Source: Pelomyxa schiedti
Lineage: Eukaryota > Protista > Evosea
Length of the DNA stretch: 64,000 nucleotides
Assembly: GCA_020536535.1 (NCBI GenBank)
Contig: JAHLWZ010000267.1
Coordinates: 17,153-81,152 of the forward strand
Reading direction: 5' to 3'
Below the pieces are notes generated by a model. That model did no database searches. It saw nothing but the letters and a program-made list of their open reading frames with translations, and had not been told where the DNA came from. The position numbers were made by a program, and so were the translations under genes. This document shows positions 1 through 12,311 of the stretch, piece after piece. How positions within the stretch are numbered: position 1 is the stretch's first letter; each line of letters starts with the position of its first letter.

Positions 1-2250
1 AGCACCTCAACTCTAAGGGGACTATACCTAGTAAGTCCTCCAAACACTTGTCAATACTAAAGAATAGAGTGTTTGGCCACTAATACATGCGATTAATTAT
101 TTCAGTTACACCAGCAACGCCCGTTGGGGATCAAACAAATACTCCTCTTAGCAGTGAAGCTGAGGAACTTGTAATTCTGGAGGTGATGACAACTCTCTCT
201 CAAAGAGTTTTGCCTTTATGTACTGACGAAAACAAGTATCTTGCTGAAGTATGCTCCTTTTCTTGTTTCCATTTGTATCAGTGCAAAACCTAACTGACCA
301 ACAGCAACTTCTTCAAGAGCATCTTTTCTCAGTGAAGTCTTTATTCAAAGTTTCAGATAAATTTGGTGAGCTTAAGCATCATGCAACCCTTCACATCAGG
401 CGCATCATTTCTTTACTCCCACGTGACGATAAAACTGCAAAAAAATTGCTTGGAACACTGAAAAACGTAAGTGCATGTTCGAGCTCAAGATATCTTCCTG
501 ACATTGACTAAGTTTCAATGTGATGTATCCGAGTCAGACTACGAACCTCTAATTAAATGCTTGTTTTCTTGGAAAGACCATACTCTGGCATGTGCCTTCC
601 GGGGTTTATTTTATACTAACTGACGAAGGTTCTTGAGGTCATAATATCTTTTCTTGGTACCCTTGATAAACTGCCCAATGCGGCTCCAGACTTTTCAAAC
701 AAATCTGGCTCTCGCCCAGATTTGAAGGCATCTATTGGCTTGAAGTATTTTAATTGCATTCTGGTATTTCTTCAGACACCAATAACTCTTGGTCTCTTTT
801 CAAGTACCCACAAGTAAAAAGGCAGACAACGAACTCCGTACGGTAGCATTTGAAGACATCGACAGTATAACTGGGATTGCTGAAAAACTTCATACGCATG
901 TGGCACTTGTACAAGAGCGTGCTAACACTACACGATGTTCTTTGGTTCCTACTCCATTTTATTCCTAAGTAGTGTCAGTTGATGAAGCCACTGATGTTTG
1001 TCTTCTAACATCTTTCACCACGTTTTGCAAATTGATTATCCACCAATTTGGATCTCAAGCTCTGAGCCAACAAGTAAACCTATCTTAGTTGAATCATGAG
1101 TTACTCTCTTAGGATGCCGATCTTCCAAATATTGTATGGATGATTAATTGGGCGACTCACGAACTTATTCCCAAACTTAACAGCCGGCAAGTATCAAAGT
1201 CTTCTCCTTCCCAAGTCATCTGTATACAACAGGGAGAATTCTACTACAAGCTCTGATTCTGCTACGAACAGTAGCACAACATCTATAACATCTACTGCAA
1301 GCAGTGTTCTAGCCCCTATAACTGTCAGCAACTCAAACACCAGCACCCCAGACACCTTTATTGAAGAAGCCATTCTTAGAGTCGTAATACTTATTTCTGA
1401 GTTTTCTGCCCTTGGAATGCTGAGCCTTGAATCCTGTGAGCCTGTACTAGACCTCATACGTTCTCTTGTTTGTACGGACCGAGGTATATTGTACTGCCTG
1501 TTCTCAACATGTAATATCGGGAAAAGCGTCCGTTTTGACCTCGACTTTGCCATTACTTTCACGTTTACTTCACCACTGGCTTCGCCAAGGTTCACACGTG
1601 TTTGCTCTCGTCAATTTAATGGTGGCAAATGACAGGCGGTGACTTCACTCCTCACGCAATTACTGCACTGTTGTCAATTGTAACAAAGGTGCCGTTTGAT
1701 TCCCTGCAGGTACTGGCTTCCATATTTTTTTTCTGAACAATATTACTGACTTTGAAAAACAAAGCCTGGACTGAATCTCTCCGATGTCTTCTCTACACTC
1801 TCAGTTAGAGGAACATTGCACAAGTTATCTCTCCCCCTCCTCGATTCAATATTATTTGTGCAGCTTGATGACTATGTATCTCCTCTGTTCTCACTTCTGT
1901 CATCAATTCTGCTAGGTGCCATCTATGATAAAGAATACTTCACTTTGTAGTTCAATGTCTAAAGAAAACAGTTCTGGTTTTGAGCCTGTCTCCGATCTTA
2001 CCGCTTTACCCTCTGCTTCTCAATTTGTATTTCATGCAATGATGAAAGTTCCCAAGTTGCTGTTGGATATGTTTCTTCAGGTATTTCGAATCTCAATTTC
2101 TTTTAAGTACTGACTGATATGCAGCTCAAACACATATTCCAAACACAATTCAGTAGTGCATCCCTGTGGAAAATTCTCTCCATTATTTCTATTCTCATGG
2201 CGAATTTGCCAGGTTAATTCCCAGTGCCACAGTGAACACAGGCTAACTCG
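1..2250 (+). CDS. Multi-exon hypothetical helical-repeat-like protein, 5'-truncated by the window edge; weak resemblance to the condensin-II G2 C-terminal region
   Basis: Series of short + strand ORF pieces separated by GT..AG introns (QQLLQEHLFSVKSLFK; FIEEAILRVVILISEFSALGMLSLESCEPVLDLIRSLVCTDR; FHAMMKVPKLLLDMFLQ). No diagnostic motif; family guess is weak; end approximate. Confidence 0.45.
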
Positions 2251-2542
2251 ACTTCTTAGCAAGTTCACCCAACATATCCACTCTTGAGGAATTCCTTCTA
2301 AGTATCATTTCAAAGACAGAGGCCGGGTATACCTTTTTCTCACCCAGAGCTCTCCCCAACAATAACATTGTGCCAGAACTGATGCAACGGACGCAATTCT
2401 CTACGACATCGCCAATAGCATGTATCTGGCAAGACATAAAGTGTAAAACACCAGTACAATTCCTTTGTGTTGCTGATTTAGATTTTCGTTTTGTTTACGC
2501 TCCGATGAATCTTGAAAAAGATCGTACCGATAAAAAAAAAAG

Positions 2543-4461
2543 ATGCACCACGATTACAGCGTAACCACTGCAACAGGGGAACCTCAGCAACAACAACGAG
2601 GGAGTCAAACCCCACAAGAACAAGAACAACCACAACAGCAAGAACCCACCTCTGCCCCACCTTGCAATGGGTGCTCCACGGTATCATCCATCGCAGAACT
2701 GGCCACTGACTGCCTGGGTGCGTGGGCTGAGGACGGCGACACAAAAGGGGCGTACCTCCTGTCACTCCGCCTCGTTCTTGGTTGTTGCCATTGCTGCGCC
2801 GGCGGTACTGAGCAGCAAAAGCAGAGTGCTCTGCTGGAGCACCAGCGGGAGGTGTACCGCCAGCACGTGCAGTTCGAAATGGAAGGGAGCGACGACCGGT
2901 TGTACACCGTGGCGGCGGCGGCAGCTGACTCTACGCCACAATCGTCCGCTCTTGGGCACATGGTGTGGTACTGGCTCTTGGTGTGTGAGCCCAGGCTGCT
3001 GGAGGCCCTGTGGCCGATCGAGGCGTCTGTTCCAGAAAGGGTTTGCCAGGGTGCCAAGAGCCATCCCTTGTCTGCACAACAATGGATGGTTGACTTCCTG
3101 GGGGGCCTTGCCGATGCCACCACGGCAATCGCTGCCGCGGAGAATGCCAAGCTATCACTGCCCACTGGTGGTGTGTAATCGCCATTTTTCATTCATCGAA
3201 GCGTTCAACTATTCTTGGAAACAAAAACCTCCAACTCACCACTATATTTAAATGAACTTGGTGTGATTCTCTTCCAGTGCACCCAACTACTGCAATCACT
3301 TGTCCAGAAGAAAGAGGTACAAAATCGAGGTTGTGCAGTTTGGCACACTTCTTGCTTGGAATTGCGCACTCACGGGAATACGGACCATGGCCATTTACCA
3401 ATGAACCCAAGGCCAAGGAACACATCAAGACTGCTGCCGACGGTGGTGACAAAATGGCACAATTCTGGTTGTGGAGCCAATATGGTGACGAATACTTGGA
3501 CTATGTTCCAAAGTCTGCCTCACAGGGATTCTGCCCTGCACTTCACGCCCTTGGGCTGATGCACCAAGAAGTTGATGCCCCAGAGGGTGTGCCTTTAAAC
3601 CGCACAGAGGGCCTCAGGTTGCTTCGAGTTGGGGCAGCGGAGAAAGGGGACGCATGGTGCCAGTTTGAGACGGCCAAAGTAGCAACTCAGAAGGAGGACG
3701 CACTGAGGTTGTTCAAGCTTGCCTCTGATCAAGGCCTCGCACTGGCACAGTACGGTTTGGCATGCTCACTTTTACAGCTGGATGACAACACAGGGAATAA
3801 CGAGCGGGATGCGCTCCGCCTGTTGAAGCTATCTGCTTGCCAGGGTGTCCCAAACTCACTGACGATGCTTGGAGTGTTTTTCCTTACGGGATTCAGAGTG
3901 GAACGGAACTACAGCACGGCAGTTGAGTACCTGTCATTGGCTTCCGAAACAGGTGACCCAACTGCGCAGTTGAACCTGGCACAGTGCTATTTGGATGGGA
4001 AAGGAGTCGAAACAGACGAGGCCCAAGCACTCAGACTGCTTCAGCAGGCCTCAGACAGCGGTTTGGCAGAGGCAGATGTTTCCATTGGGGTGATGTATCT
4101 GGAAGGCTCCACTGCCATCCCGCTGGACCTCACAAAGGCCTGCCACCATTTCCAGAGCGCCATTCAGAAGAACAGTGAGTGCTCTGAGGCTTCGTTTTTC
4201 CTTGGTGTGCTGATGCTGCGTGGTGTTGCACCAGGAACCAGGCAGGAGGGAATGGCACTTGTGCAGAAGTCGACAGAGTCCATGGCGCCAGCGACGTTTG
4301 TTGGGCTTGGTGAGGTGTATGAGTATGGAGTGGGAGGGATCACGAGGGATTTGAGGGAAGCATCGAGGTGGTTCAGGCTGGCTGCTGCCTCATCTGCACC
4401 AACTTCTTCCCATGTACAAAAGGCACTTGAAAAACTTGAGGAGTTGACAAGGCAGCCATGA
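2543..4461 (+). CDS. Sel1-like repeat (SLR) protein with Q-rich N-terminal extension
   Basis: ORFs 2543-3178 and 3277-4461 join in frame through a phase-1 intron 3171-3277 (GGTG|gtgtgt...ttccag|TG). Repeated Sel1 motifs: AQYGLACSLL, AQLNLAQCYLDGKGVETDEAQALRLLQQASDSG, GLGEVYEYGVGGITRDLREASRWFRLAA. Confidence 0.85.
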
Positions 4462-5074
4462 GAAAGAAGGGGGAACCAAAATGTGCAGACGCAGGGCTTG
4501 CCGGATCTGAGTGACAACCGCAGCGATTTCACGTTTGGTTGTTTCACAACAACCTGTTTCATTGAATGCCGCCGTTGGGGTCTCTAAGTTTGTGAATAAC
4601 GAAGAAGGAGGATAATAATAAATAACTTTGAATCATTCGGTTGGGTATTATGAGTTCACCCGTTAACGAAGGTCAGGAGGACGAGAACCTCTTGAGGGGG
4701 GATTCTGCAAATGTGATCATAGTTATAACCCATGCAACGAGTTTTTGGTGACTGATAGTTATTTTGGTACAATCCTTGATTTGAGGCACGATATGCCCAC
4801 ACAAATGCGCCCTCAGCTGTTCCTCTTTCTTTCTAGGGAACCACCCGCCTGTTACGGTATTATGGGCCTTCGCACGTAGCGGGTGCTTCTCACAAAGTGG
4901 ATGGGTTCGAACGAAAGTTCCTAAGAAAAAGAACAGAAAAATTTTGACAGGTTTCTGTATGCTTTCTCACCCAATTCTCTACAATTTCTTTTGTGGAACG
5001 AACGTGGAACCCTTCTTCAAGGAACCATGATGGCTTTTTTTGTCCAGACAAGGCACAAGAGATTTCAGTGAGCC

Positions 5075-8000
5075 TCAGAACGACTGAATGTTTCTGCACA
5101 AGGAACAGCCGAGTACAAACTCCGCCACGTGTGGGTGCGCAACTAAAAAAAACACAGTGAGAGAATGATTGATAGGAGTAATAATGGGCTGGGGGTGGGG
5201 GCGGGAGGGGGGGAAGAGGACCTTTCAAGGGGCATGATTCTGGCCCGGGGCACCTGAAGCACGTTAGGTGAGGTGTGTAGGCTAAGGGAGTGGCATACTT
5301 GGCGAAGTAGGTTGCCGGCATTTTTGTGAGGTACGCTCCTTTGTTTTGTTTTGTGTGACAGTCATCACAAAAGTGTGTGGTACCCCAGCAAAACCACACG
5401 GCCACACTGCAACAAAACTGGCACTAGAACGGTGAGGAAACCTGTTGAGAAAGAGAGTAGCCGGTACCTTATACTCTCTATAACGGGCAAGTAAAAAACG
5501 GCATATTTTGATTGGTCAGTACAAATGTGAGAAGGAAGGGAGCAATACATAAACTCGGCCCCATGCTTCTTGCAAGTCGCGGCATTGGCACCACCACTGC
5601 ATCCACCACAAACTAGATCAGCTGGGTTGTATTCCTTCTCCTCATTTCCAGCATCACATTGCTTCTGCCCAGCAAAATAGGGATGCTTGGGGCCAGTAAA
5701 TAAACTGCAAGAAGGAAAAATGGCTACTTTGCAGCGAGAGCACAGGAAGTAGGAAAATCTATCCATTGCATACTCTGTCGGCTTTCCAAAGAATCGTGAC
5801 TTAGGATCTTTTAGGTCTCGTGTATTGATTAGGCCCTCATAGGAAAGTCTCTGCGTGGCTTTTGATTCGACTTCAGCCTTAAGCTGTTTTATGGGAGCAA
5901 GGATGTCAACAAGTGAAGGGTGTTCCATTGTATGTTTGCAAAGAGGGCACTCAGAAAATCCGAAGGTAATTCTGGCACCTGTTTGTGGTGAGACAAGGAA
6001 GGTACTCAATGCCAACACACTTGGCCAACGCTGTGTGAGTTTTTTCCTGATACAAGAATTGTGGAAAACATGACCACAGATAAGTTGGATGCATGGAGCT
6101 GATTCCAGGGCTTCAGCCCAGCATATGTTACAGAAGTCAGAGCCTTTCTAATCTGGGTTATGTTACAGACAGGGTGTAAAATTCAAACTTGGGCTGAGCT
6201 CGCAGAACAACAAGAATCCCGTAAGCAAGGAAGGCAAGCACGTTCATTCTTGATACCATTGCAAGGATGTCCACATTTAAGCACTCTATATGACAGCGAC
6301 ATTTTTCCCTCTACATCATGAGATGCAACAGTCATACCTGGTGCAGCACATTGCTGCCCTTTCTTGACATTCCTCCTGAGTGCATACATCTTTGACGGGG
6401 CCAGATGCTACCTAAATGACCGTCAATGGTAGCAAAAAACGAGAATCACTTGTACCGAGGCAGCAAGCTGCACCCCGCAGAAGCGACAGTGCCTTGACTC
6501 GAGGTAAGACTTATACTTTTATGGACAATTAACTTAGACAAGCAGGAAGAAATGGAAACCTCCTGGCAAGTGAATCCTAAATGAAATGGTTGCGCTTTGC
6601 ATGAAGCACAAAATATTGTACTGCAATTCGGACATCGGAACCTAGAGTTCTTTTTTTTTTTTTTTTTTTGCTCAGGTTTTCCTTACTTGCCCGTAACAAA
6701 CCTTGTAGCAGTCAAGAGCTTCAGGAGACAAAGGCTTATCATCAGGACCTTTCTATAAAAGTTGTTTCTATTAAGCTATGAATTGCATGCAGGCCATACA
6801 AGACTTGACGTTTGCGTTGAATCACTGCTCAACTTTTCCATTACAAGCTTGCAAGCTGATATATGCACTTCGTTAATGATATCATCACAGCCCTCTTTTC
6901 CAACCTGGATTAGGACAGTGGAACAACCTCTCATCTCCCTCTACAAATTTTTCCAATAAAAGTTGATCATATTTCGTAAAGTCTTCAGCAGATAAGATCT
7001 CCTTTTCTAGGCTTAGTGTATAGTGATGTTATTTTCTACATCACTACACACCTTGAGTAACCTGTCAGCCACAACAGTGCCACAACCACTATATGTGCAC
7101 TTAAACTGCATGGACTTGTGAGAACCAGAAACTATAGAATCCAGCTGTTTCTTAAGGCTTCGATTAAGGCATGCATCACAGTAGTTGTGTGAACAATCCT
7201 AGAGGAATTAAAGCGAGAGAGGGGGAGCCTCGGGATGATTACAAGTTGGAAAATAGACTCCGGTGCAAAATGTCCACTGCAAATCACACAACAACTATTG
7301 TTACGCAAGTACTCTTGGAATAGGCTTTACAATAGTTAGGTGGCGAGGAAATATGGCGCATACCGTTCATTCTCTTCAGGAGTTGGAGATGCCGAGGCAT
7401 TCACAGGACTTTTAACCACTACCAGGTTGGAAGGAGGTGGAACTGAGATGGAAGAGTGGGTTGCCGAAGTAGAAACAGTCGAGGAAGGAAGAGGATGAAG
7501 GGCTAAAGATGAAATTGGCTCAGAGAGAAGGGGAACGTTTTTAGGTGCAGGGGGTGCCAGTAGAGGTGGGGGGGGAATGTCTTTCCTATCAACTGCCATC
7601 ACACCATCCACAAATATTTGTAACTGCAATTCTCCCTTGATTTTTCCATTTGCATTTCGGAGTGATACAGTGGTCATTACAGGCTTTAATTGGGTAGAAA
7701 TAGCGCTAAGATTGACTCGAGCACTCCCAATGAGTGTGGGTCGTTTGACTGAGTTTTTGTCCCACACTTCTAATTCCAGTTCTTCATCTTGGTAAAGAGA
7801 TGACAAGGAGCTTTTTTTTTTTGCTGATTTAGAGTCAGACTGGATACAACGAAAGCATACAAATGGAAGGGAATATTCCACTTTGGTGATGAGTTGTTCC
7901 GGATTGTGTGTGTTTCTACTCTGTTGTTTTGAAACTACTGTGATTAAGGAGAAGAAAGAAAAAGATTGTTGAACAGCAGAAATTGTAACCTTGATTACAG

Positions 8001-8393
8001 CATAGTAGTTTGTTGAAGCTATTACGAATATGAGAAGCAACTTCGGAGAAGGAGGAAAAAGAGTGTCACACCCAGTATTTTTGCAGGGGGTAAGTATCTT
8101 GCCTCTATTATTTGCACATGTACTGCACCTTTTTTCAGAAAAACAAATAACATAAAATAACATAGGGGAAAAAAAAAGGAAGGGAGAGAGCAGAGTTAGT
8201 TTGGTTAAACCAATAAAAAAGTGGGTGTGAATACTAAGACGCTAACGTGGTTCTACACCCTCCACCATCCCTTTATTGCTTTTTTTTTTTTTTTTATTCT
8301 GGTTTTACGTGTCCTCGAAAAACGAAAAGGGTGGTGGGGAAAGCCGAAATCGAAAAAGTAATTACTGGGATGGCACTAGTTACCTGCGGCATT
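5075..8393 (-). CDS. MYCBP2/Highwire/RPM-1-type RING-Cys-relay E3 ubiquitin ligase with N-terminal C2 domain, Pro-rich linker and extra Cys/His-rich (RING/B-box-like) modules
   Basis: C2: ELEVWDKNSVKRPTLIGSARVNL. MYCBP2-like pieces: CGHPCNGIKNERACLPCL; ITFGFSECPLCK; YAMDRFSYFLCSRCK; YFAGQKQCD; LVCGGCS..CKKHG; VWFCWGTTHFCDDCH; terminal HPHVAEFVLGCSLCRNIQSF-stop (TGA 5075-5077). Start approximate. Confidence 0.85.
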
Positions 8394-8845
8394 TTCGAGC
8401 TTTGGCGACGACAAACCATCGAGCACCACGTTGACGACGGGAGATCTGCGAGGGGCACTGGGAGGCGCGATCCTGCCTCTCTTTGGTGCCGGCGGCCCTC
8501 GTACGGGCGGAGGCGGTGCCGCCGCGCTGCTACTACTCGCACTCGAACGCGCGCTCATTCCACGTTATGGGTTAAAATGAAACACGCCAAACTACCACGG
8601 CACCACAAGGTTGATGAAGAAAAAAAACCGCAAGAGGAGGCGAATCTTCACAATGCGCTGTTGGTTACCCAAAGGTGGATGTAATCTCGGAGAAGGATCC
8701 GTCCAATGAGGACTGACGCTGATTGCTTGTTCTGAGTCCACCATCATTTCTCAGTCGAACAAAAAGCCACGGAAATTTCGTTCGTCTTTTTCGAGATCCT
8801 TGCCGTATTTCCCTGCACGACTGTTACAAAACCGAACAAACAAAA

Positions 8846-10229
8846 ATGATGAAACTCCTTGTGGCGGTGGTGCTTGTTGCCGGATTTGCGTGCGCGTCCG
8901 ACTGGGTCGAACTGGCCACATTGGGAACAACTGCTACGGGTGTGTCGTTCTGCAAATCTACCAAGGGCGTAGCCGTCGGTGGCGAGCAGGTCTGGTATAC
9001 TACCGACAGCGGAGCTACGTGGCCCTCGTTCTCGTTCAACTCCACACCCGTAACCTATTTCGCCGACGCCGCTGCGGATGCGACTTACGCAGTTGCAATT
9101 GGCCCTGGAGACGGTGACAGGTTTGGCTCGTTTTGTTGAATTTCTGCCATCTGACGTTTGCTTCGTATTTCTTGAACGAAAAAGCATCACGGGCACTGCC
9201 TATAGCTCGGACTGCGGCGCTACTTGGACTATTTCATCTGAGAGGTTGCTTCCTTTTCTTTCAATCTTTAGTTTAAGAAAACATTAAAGCTACCCTCGAT
9301 GCAATTGGCAAGACGTAAAGCCAATTGGTACTGGCAGTTCTGGTAACTTTGTCAAGACCGGAAACTGGTACTCTCTTGTAAAAGGTGGAGAGGGTGTTGC
9401 TATTTCAGAGTAAGCCTAAGACTCCATTTCCCTCAACTCAAATTCCTTACAGAGATGGCGGCAAAACCTGGACAACCCGGCCATGGTTCGATGGTGTAAC
9501 TGCTATTGCGTCGTCATTTACTTCAACCCTCAATGGTTGGACTGTTGGTGGCGATCAATCTACTGACATAGAGAAGACAACGGCAATTCTGGCCCAAACT
9601 ACAAATCGAGGTGTAAGCTGGACACTTTTAGTTAATAACTCCGCTGTGTAAGTACTTCGTATTTCCCAGGATACAGGGTTATTCACACTTTTAACAATAG
9701 CGGCTACTTCACTGATATCTACTTTGTTGACGCTTCCTATGGGTGGACATTAACGCATGTGCCAGCAGGTAAAGTCTTCTGCTTATTCCTTTTTTCCCTA
9801 ATATAATAAGTTGGCTCGACCTATGCCTACAGTGTGATTAGCATGACAACTGATGGTGGTAAAACCTGGACCGAACAGGTCAAGACACCCAAGGTTGCGT
9901 TGAAATCCCTTTACATGGTCTCAAAGACAGAGGGATGGGCTGTTGGTGTGTCTGAACTTCTTTTATGAATTTCACTCAATTGTGAAAAGGTGGTTATGAG
10001 GATGGTATTTATTACCATGCTCAGTTCCTGCACACAACAGACGGCGGAGCTTCATGGTTAAGCTTCGAGAAACGCGGGGTATCTCTCACCACAATTTCCC
10101 TCAGTGTAACATTCCTCCTATCACTAGTACCTGGTCAACAGTGTCTCGGGACTTGATAGTACCCACGTTTATGCTACTGCCACACGTGAGATGTCATTTG
10201 CGGGTGTTGTTTTACAATGGTCACCTTAA
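8846..10229 (+). CDS. Secreted beta-propeller protein with BNR/Asp-box repeats (YCF48/sialidase-like)
   Basis: Signal peptide MMKLLVAVVLVAGFACA after AAAAATG. Asp-box repeats YTTDSGATW, YSSDCGATW, DGGKTW, TTNRGVSW, TTDGGKTW, HTTDGGASW across several exons. Last exon ends ...VVLQWSP-TAA. Confidence 0.8.
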
Positions 10230-10399
10230 ATCCCTTCTGTTTTGACAGAGTATTACAAGGTTTTTAAAGTAAAAGAAGGTTTTTTTTATTTCTTCCACTT
10301 TTAAAATACAAAAACAACTTCATAGTGAAGAGCCACTTTTGAGAGAAAAGTTGAGAAGTGTGCCTTCTTCATTTTCTTCAAGAACAGCATATGACAGTG

Positions 10400-11391
10400 A
10401 CTGGGTGAAGGATCCCTGAGGTTCCTCAGTTTGTGGCACAAGGGAGGAAACAACTTACTATTGACACAGCATTTGGTGTTGGTCTCAGGTCGATTTCCCT
10501 GTGGGTGTGTCCCAATACAAGAAGGCTTTCAGGAGGTATGCACTTGGAGTTGACCTTGCGCAAATCGGAAATGAACTCGAAGGTCTGGGTGTCAGACGAA
10601 AGGTATATTCCATTGCCCCCTTCACAAATGGAACTGTTAGTGAGTCGAGAGAGAAGCATAGTGACAGCTCCGCACCGTCATGTGTCAAAAATGTGCTTGT
10701 GCCTCGGTTGCGGGGGGAGACCTTCAGCAGCTCTTTCTGTAACACCACAAGCTGTGTGCCGAACTGTTCCTGAAGGGCATCTCCCAAGACTTGGAATAAG
10801 GGACGATCGTGGTTTCCTAGTAAAAAAATAATAAAAAAAGGTATGCAGTAAGGGAACAGAAGAAGTACCTCCCAACAAAAATACTGGAATGTTGCAGGCG
10901 GTGAGCTGGGAAACAATCCCACTAACGTAGGCTTTGGGGAGACTTGTTTTGGAAAAGTGAAATAAGTCTCCAAGAACAAAAAGTTGAAGTGCATTTTCGT
11001 GTTGTACAACTCTGGGGATGTACTGGAGTGCCTAGAAATATTAATATTGTTAGTGCAGTTGCTTTTTTTTTTGCTTGTTATATCTTTTGCACCTTGTGCG
11101 TGGGGGGAGACGATAGTGCCGTGTGGTGTGTACTGGTATAGTTAACGTTACTTTATGTTGTTCTTGTTTGGAAAAATAAGTGATAGCCTCTCCAAGATGT
11201 AGGTCACTAATGAGAACAGCCTTCCATCTTTAATCCCAATAAGAAGAGGAAAGACTGGGAAGGCAAGGTTAAGGAAGTTACCTAGCTTCCACTGGATGAG
11301 CTAGTTCTTGAAATGAAGCAGTTTTTAATTCAGGTTCAGCAGTAACATTTGCTAACAACATTACTTTTGCCAAAGTAACAAAAAAAAAAAG

Positions 11392-11422
<31 letters not shown>

Positions 11423-11954
11423 GGGTGGGAATTGACGTACCACCCACCATTTGAAAGAGAGTCTTCTCAACAACTTTGGTAGGCCTCAGTGCCCTCACGG
11501 CGCCCTCAAAATCACTAGGCGCAACACGCGCCGGAGCCTTGGAAACCGGCGGCGCAGGCACACTAGTAGCAGCCGTAGTGGGAATGCTTTCGGAAGCTAT
11601 CGCCGCGGCACTCACAACGGTGGCGGTAGCTAGTGCGCAGTGAGTTTGCGTTGATGCCATCATCGTCGAGGGGGGCGGCGGCGGGGCGGCCCTGCCTGTG
11701 GTGGGCTTTCCTGTCATGGAGGGAGGCGGAGGAGGGGGAGGGGGCGGCGGCGGAGGTGCGGAGACTACTTTGCGCGTTGCTTTGCCAGGCAGAGGCGGAG
11801 GGGGAGGGGCGGGCGGGGGCGGAGCGGCCGCCTTCTTCGTGGGGAGCTTTGGCCCATGAAATGGGGGACACGGGGGAGGGGAGGGGGAGGCAAGGTCCGG
11901 GGCTGCGACGGCGGCGCTGGGCGGAAGCTCGTGTGGCTCTTGTTGGGACGCCAT
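10400..11954 (-). CDS. Proline-rich hypothetical protein with possible WH2-like motif
   Basis: AAAAAATG start MASQQEPHELPPS, poly-Pro runs, then DFEGAVRALRPTK (WH2-like by eye). Further exons (VMLLANVTAEPELKTASFQELAHPVEA; GNHDRPLFQVLGDALQEQFGTQL). 3' end approximate. Confidence 0.55.
11380..11420. repeat. A11-G30 homopolymer tract (C30-T11 on minus strand) inside a predicted intron
   Basis: 30 consecutive G at 11391-11420 preceded by an A run. Confidence 0.9.
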
Positions 11955-12311
11955 TTTTTGGTTCTTTGCTGTTCTCTGAACGGAAGTCGTTCGGTAATTT
12001 GCGAAAAACCCTGGAATGAAGTAGTGCTGAGATCTACCCACCCGAAGAGGATGGAAGCAGTCACCATTGTGGGCAAACTGGGCAGGTCCGGCCAATGGAG
12101 GCTCAGACCGGGAGTGATTCTCCATATTAGGAAGGCTGGACCAGGGTTGATCAAGAACCGGAGAACGCCGAGGAGCATTTCCCTCAGAAGCAACAAAGTA
12201 CAAATTCAAATTACTTTGAAAAACAAAAAAAAAACTTGCCCCCTTTTGTGGTGGGTACCTGGGAGTGTCGGTGGTAGATACAAAGGGTAGATCCACGCAG
12301 CCACAAACACA

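Noticed and set aside
4630-5000. RNase MRP/P or tRNA-like element (GAAAGTTCC, GGGTTCGAAC), or a small plus-strand gene
   Set aside because: No matching P4 3' strand or cloverleaf, and no convincing spliced ORF could be built.
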